A DNA stretch of 64,000 bases, from NCBI RefSeq assembly GCF_964204645.1, contig NC_134028.1, positions 4,774,001 through 4,838,000 on the forward strand. The letters are read 5' to 3'. A model generated the notes under the pieces. That model saw nothing but the letters and a program-made list of their open reading frames with translations. It was not told where the DNA came from and searched no databases. Positions 13,001 to 25,000 of the stretch are shown here, piece after piece. The position numbers and the translations under genes are program-made. The first letter of the stretch is position 1, and each line of letters opens with the position of its first letter. The stretch is from Tubulanus polymorphus. Taxonomy: Eukaryota; Animalia; Nemertea.

Positions 13001-16000
13001 TATTTTGCACAATCGAACAGAGTATTTTCCATCGTCCATTTTAGACTATCCCAGTATTTGTAGTAAACACCAGTGGAAGCGCCCGGCTGTGAGTGGTAGT
13101 GATAATCTGCCGCATATATCCGTATGTACGTTATGTCAGAATTGTACCTATAGAGGGCGTGACTGTCCACAAAATGGAATCCCGTGTGATGTATACAGAC
13201 AGTGTATGTGTAATACTGAGGTTTCGTTCGGTTGCTGGGATTGTGGAATTTGTCAACGTTGTGCTGAAAAACTATGGGTAAATATACGATTTACAAAAAT
13301 ATGAGGCTTTCATTTAATTGTTCACATTTTAATGGAGGTCTATGCGGTATTTATGCAATTTGTTATACATGTAAAAATTTGTTGGTCATGAAAGTATCAT
13401 AGAAATAGGCGCAGTGGCTGATGAGTGGTTTAGGCCATCAGTTTCTTGCCAATCCCGCATTCATTGGGTCCAGTTATGGTGGTGGTAGGGTTTCTTGGTT
13501 GAAGGTTCTTCTCTGGCCTGGTGATTTGAGTGGAAACCTGAGTGGTGCTCAGCTGGTCAATGTATTGATTTGTGTTACTTTTTATTTAACAGGAAATTCA
13601 CACATATTTAAACCCATCTCTCGGTGAGTCATCGTTTCCAGCTTTAGGAGCAGACGTATTGGACATCGTTCTCATTCCGGTCCCGATTTCACCTCTTAAT
13701 AATGAATTCGCGATCAATTTATACGGCGAAAGTGCTCCTCAAGTCGGCCTAAACAAGTGAGTTTTATTTAGCTGTTTCATCTGAATGATTTAGAATCTAT
13801 CTAAAACTGAATAAATGTGTATGTACCGTTGTTATAGAATTTGATGAAGAGAGATGAAATATTTGGTAACTACAATGTTTATTGTGAATTGGTGAATGTG
13901 AGCAATTCAAGTTTATGTTTAATTTAGATGTTTATAGATCCTGTTGATTATTAGGTGTTCATTGCTTTTGTATGCTTCTTACATCCCTGCGGAGCTGCCA
14001 ACTGTTCCCGATTTTCAGTATTTGTTACTATTTTGTAATGAGAAAAACTGATTTGATTTCATTCATGCATACAGAAATATGAAGGATGTTACTGAGGGTC
14101 TTACTGTTGACTACTGATTAATTGAACAATTAATTTTTCTTCCATATTTCAATGAATCGTTCCTTGAAAAAATTCAACTTTTGTTACTGATAGCACTTTT
14201 TAGAGGTTGGCAGCCCTGTCCCTGGCAGTTTAAACATTTCTGTATTGTCACTGTATCTTAAGTTTCGTGATTATCGATTCCCTTTTCTGTTCTCTCGCTT
14301 TCTATGTAAGATAAAACCCTGAATTTTATGCCTGTTTCTTCTTCAATTAAACCAAAACTTAATTCCCTAGTTTCAATGGCGCTATGGAACTCTTTCCTGT
14401 AGAATGGTCTGGCATCGGAGCTAGACTTGATCTCAAATTCTTCTGGCCTCAGGTATTTTTACATACGTAAACTAATATCTTCATCTGTACATTCGAATTT
14501 CAACCTATATCTTAAAGGAAATTTACTTTTTTTACGCGTAAAAAGGAGAATGTAAAACCTAACCGACAGATAAATTCTGCTCAACCAGATCTTTATCAAA
14601 CAAGTATCAAGCGTCGAGTTCACTTGTGTCAAGCGTTAGGAATAGCGGCGTAAGTGACAGCTTCATTTAGAATTGAAAAAGCTGGTTTAGATCTGTGTTT
14701 GTTTTTCTAACTGTGTATTTTCTAATTGTATATGAATAGGTATACTCCGTTGAGCTCTCGTCCGATGGTCGGTCTTATCGCAGCGAAATGTCCATTTACT
14801 CCCGAACATAACTCATTCAAAATCAGTAAGAATCATCATCTTTATATGAATCAAAATGAAATATGAAACTGTCATTGAATGTAAGATGATAAATGAATGG
14901 TTATAGAATAGAAAACCCACAATCATTAGAAGAATGTCAAAATCTGGTTCTTACGCTTCTTCCCTTCTTCACAGTTTATTCAAATGTTCAATTATAAAAT
15001 TTCCAAATCTTCTAAAATGAAGATTGCTATCAGTCAACAACAATCTCATTGATTAACGAATGTTTCTTGTAATTGATCTCAGATTTTTACTTGCTTTAAT
15101 GGTATGATATCTACCTGATTTCAGGGATTTTAAGTCGCGGTTCTAAAGGTACGATGTCTATCGGATTTGTCCCAAAAGATTACGCCGATGATAATCAAGT
15201 TGGATGGAGATCGTTCTCAGTTGGTTACCACGGTGATGACGGAGGGTACGTTTATCTATATTGTTGTCGCATGACTGGCTCATTACGTTGTAGGTAGGGT
15301 AACAACTGATGTATTTATATTTTTAGCGTGTATCTCTCATCTGGTTGGGCTAAACGAACAATGGAAGAATGGCACATCGGTGACGTTATTGAATGTGGAA
15401 TTGATTTTAACCATGATGCAACAAAAAGCATTTACTTCTCATACAATGATAAGGTAAGGTTGAATTCACTTGGTCAGTGGTTCTTCTCTGTCCTTCCCTG
15501 TACCTAAAAACCTGAACATTTCACGGTTAACCTCCCTAAAAGCAAATGCTTCTAAAACCCTAAGTGAGATACATACCTACTGATACTCAGCAAAGAAGAC
15601 TTTGCTGAGTAAAAGAAGACTTCCCAAAGAAGACTATGGACAAAGTGTTTCATCAATGGTTACCTGCTGGTACTGTTAGAATGTATATTCTCTGATGTAT
15701 ATTATAGAAAACTTACGTTCTGACGGGAGTTGATCGATTACCTAAGGATTTATATCCCGCAATCGGATTTCATTCGAGTCGGGAATCAGTGGAACTTTTA
15801 ACTCCTGCGACCTGGCGACCACATGACATTGCGCAACCTGTAAGTTTCACGATAACCATTACTGTACTGTTTATAGATATTTAGGTTAAAGATGTTTTAT
15901 GTTTGACTATTTCAGGATCCAACAACTTTTGTTGACCACAATACTCGAATTATTGATGATAATCTAATGATCTGGTAAGATATATGTATACATGTACACT

Positions 16001-19000
16001 GGTTGTAGAGAGTATTTGATTATTTGCTCATTGAAGTCATTTACATTTTTCAGTCCTAACTATGAGCTTTATTTCGACCCTCGTTATGACACCATTGAAG
16101 ATTCAAACTCTGGATTTGGTGTGATTTTCTTGAAGAATGTGTCTGAGAAAGATTTGGAGATAGCAGTAAGAGATTAGACAAGTCTCTCGAAAATTGATAT
16201 TCAATTCTGTTTGACTAGTTTTCAAATTTATCATCATCACTTGAATTGATAATTGCAGATAACTGATGTAAGTGGTAACTCAGAAATAGAATTCAAATTC
16301 GACAGCCCAATAACAGTAAAAGCTGCAAGTCACAAAGTCATTCATGTTGGAATTCAGTTTGAAAACTCATCTGGTGAGTCATACAGTTTATAAAAGGTTT
16401 TGATACCATGAACTTTTTCAAGGGTCGAATATGGTTCTAACTTACCTCAATTTGTGTTTGATTTGTTAGAAGCAAAATCTCTGATGAAAGAAGCGTTGCT
16501 GAAATTACAGTGGAGAGAGAATGAAGAATCAGAATTTACAGCAGACAATAAGCACACGTAAGTCACACGAGCCAGTTACACAGTTAATAAACAAACCGGC
16601 CTCAAATGAAGAAATCTAATGTTTGTATTTCTAACAGTTTCAAGATTTATCTGATATACAGTAAACATCATTACTGTTTTGCTGTTTCTCTGAAGATGAG
16701 ATTTAGATAAATCTTGAAACCATTATAAAATACATCTAATAAACTTTAGATATCATCGATTGTGGGATTGTCGTGTATTATCTTCTACATGAGTTAATCT
16801 GTCAGTTACACTGAATGTGAATGATTATTGTTTACAGATTTAGATGTAACTGGAGTGGTATCGAGGTTAAATCACTGATAGAACGTTGGGCGCATGGATC
16901 GAAATATAAAGAGGTTGGTGCTCCTGTTTGGATCGGTAACATTTTACTGAAAATGTTCAAATACACAATTCATTGACATCCTTCATTCCAAATATAGGAT
17001 TCAGTTATTGCCGAGTTGAGAATGAACAATGAAGTGATCAGTCATTTCTTCGTCCGGGATCATTCACCGCTTTATCTATATGTGGATAGAAGAAGGTGTA
17101 AAGATGAAGAAGGGGCGTTCATTCATGCTCCAAAAGTTCCGGTCAGTATAACAACGTGTGTTATGCAAGCTATAGGTAAACAGCAAACTCAAAGAGTAGT
17201 TTACTGTTCACCGTGTATGAGGAGACTATTGAAATACATTTTGTAGTTGTATGCATGTATTGATGTTTAAAGATTTCATTTCTGCAATAGTAAATAGATG
17301 TGTATCTCTTTTTCATGCAGAAAGTTGAGTTTCCATTTGAGATTGAGAAAGGAATGTATGTAGCATATTTGAAAGATGACCAACCAGTCGTGTCGTAAGT
17401 TTTTTTTTTTCAAATTCATTTCCGCCAGGAGAAAATATTATGATAATGTTGTCATTACTTTCGACATACCGCTTTATCACTGTACATGTTCAAGAGGCGT
17501 AGTAGAGGAGCTGTTCTAACCTGGTATCGAACTTATCTTGGATGTCAAATGTGTAAAATCATCATTTGAAGATCTTTCTCTCATTATGGACCAAAACTTT
17601 TGAATGCCATCATTCATCACATCATTAAAATGGAAAACAGTGATCCTTTTAATAGGCAATCTGATCTATTTATACAGGGTATAAAGAGACATAGTGCAGT
17701 GAACGCGAAGTGGAATGGCACTATATAAAACCTATTATTATCATTAATATTTATTATAACCTTAACCTTTTTATTGCCTATTTCTCTGTAGACATCCAGA
17801 TTTCTCAATGATAAATCTAATGATGCTGAAAGATGACGTGTCTGAAGACGGTGAAATGAATCTTATGCCTGTTAGTGTAACTGAGAAATCAATAACAATT
17901 CAAACTGCAGTTCGTCAGACTGAACGAATGTATTGTGTGGCAGTTACTGAAAACTTGATCAAGTCTTTTAAACATGGAATCGATATTCTCTTCAAAATGG
18001 CTCCACCGACATTATTTTCACAGGTAGAGCTTTTTCAAAACTTCTCAAGTAATATCTACTGGTATGTCATTATTATACTCGAGATGTTTAAATTTTCAGA
18101 CTCAGTTGCATCCGACCGCTGCTTGGCGTGGTATCTACAGGAAGGGACATTCTTGTAGTAAAGCACCATGGCTTGTTACGAGTAAGCATCGGTTTTATGT
18201 AACAATATCTACATGTACTGGTAGTACAATTCTACACTTGTATATTGTCATCATCCAATCTATAGTTATCAGGGCTCTTCGTCCACTCTGTACATAGTAA
18301 CAGTTTTCAGGCTCTGGACGAGCGAGTCTTTCATATTCATCATAATATTTTGTAAAAGAAATCATACGTAATTAGGCTACTTCTGCCTCAGCTATCCGTC
18401 AAAATCTTAAAGATTTTCATGACACAATAACAGGTAAAGATTTTTCATAAAAATGTTCTCATTCTACCTTATTTTTAGCATCTGAAGCTAACAATGTGAA
18501 GGTTACAGTTGATTATCTACTGCAGACGGTTCTCCGTGATTCTATTAGTTACAGCGTTGTTGCGTTTCTTCCTGCGGAATTGAATCAAGAGAAACTGCTG
18601 TATCCGAGTTTACTGGATTTCACGGATATAAATCGACTAGCTGGGTATCCATTGTGTTTTTGCAGAATTGTCAATAGAACTCCTGTCATGGCAAGCACTG
18701 GTAGGTAGACACTACAGCTTCAAATCCAGGACACAGTTCTACAGGAATGAGATCAGATTCTAGGGTTAAGAAACCTGATTTCAACTCTTTAATGAGAACT
18801 GAGTCCAGCTTTAAAACAAAACTCCCAAAAATCTTAGTCAATTGCGTCATAAATTTCATCGTAATTTATTTCAGAAAATGTAAATTTAGGAATCGATCGA
18901 TTCATCCCTCATTTCATCGATCATTCAGGGATTAAACCTGTTCTTCCTGCAACGGAAAATATCAACTTGATTTTCCGTAGTATCGAATCATACTGGGCCT

Positions 19001-22000
19001 ATTCTGTTATATCTAAAGAGAAGGTTTGTATCAGAGTTTTACTATCAGTATTTCATGCACTTTACGTCTATGATATAATGAAACCTCCTTTTACTTCAGT
19101 TGAAACTTGCTTCGTATGACCGTATGCTGCAAGGTGAACCTATGAAAGTAAATCAGGTTAGTTCATTGTTAGTTTATTGGAATACTTTAAGATTTTTCAA
19201 ACAAAATGTAGTTTTTCTCAGTTCTGAGTTTTAAAGTTTTACTAATTTCAACTCGGGATCTAGTTCCAAAGTGATGAGTCGGAATTGATTCATTTTCAAT
19301 GAGTTTCAATTCTTTACTCGGACCTAGTTCTGGAGTCAGTCAGTCCGTCACTCAGATCTCTGGAACTGGATGCAATAGTTCTTATGTTACTTTTCTAAAT
19401 GTAATCAGTTTCATCATGTGTATCATTTCAAAGCATCTATTTCTCCTCTGTTCAGGTTGAATCTGGTCTGAAGAAAATCTTGACGATATTTGCGTCGATT
19501 ACGCACGCGTTGTGTGGGCAGTATAAATCTATTCACGATATACCGGAGGGAGACATGTACGAGAAGATATGTGCGAATGATGTCGATACCTATATACCAG
19601 AAATATCAGTAGGAATAGAAGGATTTCGTCGTGATCAACTCGTTCACAACGGAATCGAAAGTTTGTGTTCTGCTCACTACTTCGCGACGCCGAATTCACT
19701 GACGACCGCCCCGAAGGATGACTCGGTTCAAATGAATCCACAGATTCTTTCTCCATATGAATCGTACGTCCATATGTTACACTGGGATCTCACAGGAACT
19801 ACAGTTTATCCTAATGACATGTTCTATAGGATGCCAAATTTACAGGTAAAATATCAGCTCACAAAATACAGGATCCAGTTCCACAGTTTTAGAAGCGACT
19901 AAAGAGCGGAAAATGAAATGATTACAACACGTATTATATTCCATTTCTACTCTTTAACTCGCGACTATTGAACTGGATCCAGGGGTCAGAGATACATCTA
20001 ATGAAATCTCCTTCAAAAGTCAACTAGTGTGTATTAGGTAAAATCAGCCATATTTTCTTTATTGCAGGTTCTTCACCTTGAAAACGCATGTGATATTCAT
20101 GAAAATCCAATTCCGGATATTCTTAGTTGTAAAAAGTTGAATCATATCTCGATAACAAACTCAAATCTAGCGGAGATTCCGAACAGTTGGGCGAATTTTC
20201 AACTGAAATCAATGAATATAACGAGCAGTAGAATCAGCGAGATTCCAACATTTATGGCAAACCTAAACGCTTTAGAAGCATTGACTTTAGAATACAATCA
20301 AATCTACAAATTAGCCGATAATTTAGATCGGTTAGTTCATCTGAAGAATCTCACAATCACAGGTATAAAAACATCTACAGAAATGAATAAAAATTCAGCA
20401 AAGATTCATTGATTTAGTTAAGTGATTGATTTTGTTGTATTTTAGGTGTTTTGCCTGATTCATCGTTTTGGTGCAGTGATATTTTACGTAGAGACTGGTA
20501 TAAAATGCATGGTAATAATCTCGACAAATTGCTCGGCGTTCAGGTATGAGTGTCTTAACTGCATTAAATTCCCACCTCCATCTTGCAGAGCTGCCAACTG
20601 TTCCTGTTCTTCAGTATTAGTTACTATTATTGTATTGCTACTATGTACTAGAAATACTGATGAGATACGTTTGATGCATGAAGAAATGTGTTAAGATGTT
20701 AGTGAAGGTCTTATTGTTGATTACTGATTAATTTGAACATTTTCTTTCATATTTCAATCGAATGTTACTGAAAAAAATTTGTTACTGATTTTTCAAAGGT
20801 TGGCGGCTGTGCTTGTAGTTAGTCGTATGAAATTATCATTATGTTGATGATCTATATTTCAGAAATTGAATGAATTGTTTGATAAATGCGACTTGGACAA
20901 TAATAATATTCTAGATCCAACAGAAATTCCAGCGTTCACCGCTGAATTATTCTACGCTGTGTATAGATTTGGTCTTGAATGGTCTGAGAATGGTATGTAT
21001 GTAGATGAATTATCTTGAATATTTCTTGTTCTAATGCCGTTGATGTAACTTTTAAATGGTTACTTTGAAATTTTGATTCTGTGTAGGACCTCAAGCTGCT
21101 TTAGGAGGATTCCCGGTGGAAGTGTGTTCTATATCGTCACTAGTTCATCTCAGTTTAAAGAATCATGCGTTTCGTCATGTTCATGCTAGTATCGCATATC
21201 TAAAGAATCTACGAACTCTGATTCTCGATGAGAATCCTCTACTTGAAACGTTACCAGCTTCGATGGCTGATATGAAGAAACTTGTCGGTAAGTTCTCAGG
21301 GAAACCTCATAAAACTCTGACAGGAAATTTTCAAGGATATCTCAGTTTCGATGCACAGTAGAACTTGCTTACCTCAATTATTTCAGCCAGAATTCTGCTC
21401 GCCTCAGAAAAAACTTTTGATACTGCTGTAAGAGGTTTTCACTGAAGCCCAAGGCACACGATGCAGGGGATGCAGGAAAACTGCGTCATGTGTGTTGGGC
21501 TCATCAGTTAGTTCAGACAAGTGTCCAAACCCTTAGATTCTGAGGTATACAAGTTTATTTTTGATCGTAGGATAGGGATTGACACTGTTGTTTATTTGAT
21601 TGGTAGATTCTGATTTCTTTTGATTTGGTGTCCCTTACAAACCTACCATACCTGCCGGGAGCAAAACAGGGGGGTTTCCTGTATTTGTAAGGCTTGTCTT
21701 GATAATTTGAATCAAAGATTTTGTATATTCAAGGAATGAACATCGAATCTTAACTAATAGAAAAAATTTCTAAAATTTCAGATATATCTGTGCGTGGTTG
21801 TTCATCGTTGAAAACGCCTCCCTTGGAGATATGTCGGAGAGGAAGAGATCCAATAATCGCCTATTTGAAATATCTGAGTGCGAGTTATTCCGAGTGTCAT
21901 CGTACAAAACTCATGTTGGTCGGACTCGGTGGTGCTGGAAAAACAAGGTACGTAGGCTGTTACCTGTTAATTGACTCATTTATAGGTATCAGAAATTACA

Positions 22001-25000
22001 GTCAGAAATAGAAGTTTGTTTTACTATTCTATATATTTGAAAAATGTAAAGACAGGCAGTACTGTAGGTTAACAGCTTTTGTAAGCTTTTGCTGCTAGAG
22101 CAAAATAGCTTCATCATGAGTAAAGTTAATCAACCAGTATTTATAGAATGTCCAATTAGACTCACTCTTCCCATGAATAACTCATTTCTAATAAAATCAG
22201 TTAACAGTTAAACCTGTTTTCATGTTAAATAGTATACTCATGGACCGTTCTAATCTTATTGTTTTAACGTGGCAAAATCTCTAAATATTGTCACGATTTA
22301 TCTTTTGGAAAATAGTTTACTTCGTGCATTGACGAGTAAAACAGGAAAAACCAAACAAATAGAAGGTGAAGAAATAACGAATGGAATTGATATAGGAACA
22401 TGGAACGTTAGTTCAACTGATCAGTCGCATACTGTTTACTTCAGTACGTGGGATTTTGCTGGACAAACTGTTTATTACAATACTCATCAGGTTAGAATCA
22501 AACCCATCGATCTTCATTCTTGGACTAAACTATGAAAACATAAATCAATTCATTCTTCGCTCTTTTCAGTTTTTCCTCTCTTCAAGAGCTGTATATTTGC
22601 TTTTATGGACGACTCGTCTCGGCTGGGAACACGCAGGGTTAGATTTCTGGCTTAGTTCAATCTCGTGTCACGCTCCGAAGGCACCGATATTCATCATTGG
22701 AACTCACGCTGATCTGGTCAGTGATCTTAGAATTACTGAGTTCTGACTTTAAAAAGCTGGACCTGGATCCACTGTTGTTCGGTTAAAACTTGGAAATGAC
22801 CTAATTTATTGATTCTTGAGTCAAACTCCACAACTGTGGAGCTGGACTGAACCTGTATACGAATAACATAAGTGAAATGTTTTATAGGTTCACAAGAAGG
22901 AAATTCCTGAACAAGCCCTGAAGGAAAGATACCCTCAGATAGCAGGCTTCCATTTTACTAGTGCTATTTTAGGACAGGTAAACTGTTGTTTGATATAGTT
23001 CTATGAATCTACATTGCTCAGTTTTAGTTAAGATCGGTTATGATTTATAGGGTATCAGTGATCTGAAGGAAGCAATCGTTCTTGAGGCATCTAAACAATC
23101 GTATATGGGTGAACGCATACCGGAAATGTGGCTTTCATTTGAGAGTAAAATCATAAAGTGAGTAACAGAATTTAGAAAGAGAACGATGTCATTTTTATCA
23201 TCAACACGTTTATATTCAGTTGTTTTATTCCACAGAAAAAGAGATGAGACATCGGTAATGGCGTGGGAGGATGTTGAAGAAATGGCTTTAGAGACTGGAA
23301 TTTATGAGGAAAAAGATGTGAGTATTTTCATATGGCTCTGTAGTTTTTCCCTGTGAGCTTACATCTTTGAAAATAAGCATCATCCATTCGCACCAGTATG
23401 TTGCAGGTGCAGTTTTGAACATGTAAATTGTAGTTTAAAATGCCAGGATCTAGTTCTGTAGCTGTAAGTCTAGTTTAACTGAAGAATTAGAATTAGTTAA
23501 TTTCCAATATTTTGAACCTAGACTCAAATCTTAATGGAGGACTTAGGAACTGGGTCCTGAGATATCGATTGTATTCTATTCTGTTTGAAAAGGAATCTCT
23601 ATTGTAGATTCGTCAAGCCGTGATGTTTCTACATGAATTAGGAACAGTTCAATATTTCAACAGTGAATTTCTACGTGATCGAGTAGTAGTGAATCCACAG
23701 TGGATCGTCGATGTCATGTCTTCTGTTGTTTCGGTGAAAGAATCCGCGATCGTGGTAAAATATGAAACGATTGTCTCTAATCAATCGAGGCTCAGCTGAA
23801 GATAATGTTTAGAGATCGAATTGTCTGTCAAAGTCACAATCAACAGCCATTTGACAAACGATATGATGCATTTCAACTATACATGTGACGTCCATGAGAC
23901 CGTGGTTTTTATATACCAGGGTGGCCACTCACTTGGAAATCAGGGAATAGTCAGGAATTCTCTTCTCTTTTAAGATATCAGGGAATAGTCTGGGAATTTG
24001 GTTTAAAAAAAGAAGCTAAAAATCAGGAAAAAGTTGGGAAATTTTTTTAATTCAGGGAAAGAGCAAGTCAAATCAAAGTGGTCACAAATAGAGGAACTAA
24101 TGATTGCTTACTCCATTGTATTTAGGATGGAATATTTAATCACAGCGATATGTCGATTGTTTGGGATAAAGAACCTCCTGAACTTTATAACTGGTTGATA
24201 CGATTAACTGAAAAGTTTGATTTGACTTTCCCGATGCCAAACGAATACGCGAATATGGTACCGTGTTTGTTACCAACTCATAAACCAGAACTTATCGAGG
24301 TAATTATAACTTCATGGAAAAAACTTAAAAGTCATGCTTTAGAATTCTGAAAGCCTGTGAATCTTAATGTTTTGAATTCATTTTATTTATAAATAGCGTG
24401 AGTGGCCGGTGATAAGTGAAGGATCTGATGTCAGGGAAACTAAAATGGTTTATGAGTTTCAGTATTTGCCGGCAGGATTATTCAATAGAGCTCAGGTTTG
24501 TGGTTTACACACTCATACACATACGGATTCTGGTAGTGAGGTTTATGACTCTATTTTACGATATAAAATCTCAAACTTTCTTCAGGTCAGATTGTTTGAG
24601 TTCTCTGATAGCCGAGGAATCTGGAAACAAGGTTCTTTGTTGAAGAAAAATGACCACATCGCTCTTGTGCAGCAAATAAAGTCAGTACCCGCTTTACCGA
24701 CAGTAGGTTGAGTTCAACTCATTAGATTCTAAAACACTCCTTGTTATTATTTACAGCGATAAAACTCTAGTGATTCGAGTTCAAGGTTTACGACCACAGA
24801 ATATTCTGTTCTTGATCCATGAAATCATTGAGAATCTCGTGCTTGAATCTTTTAATGGAGTGAAATATGATTTATTTCTACCGTGTCCGGATTGTATCGA
24901 TAAAAATGCAAGTACAATTCAATACATCTCGATACAATATCTCAATACGATATCTCGAGCCGTGTGTAAGATTTTCATGCGATGTTCAACTTAATCCTAA

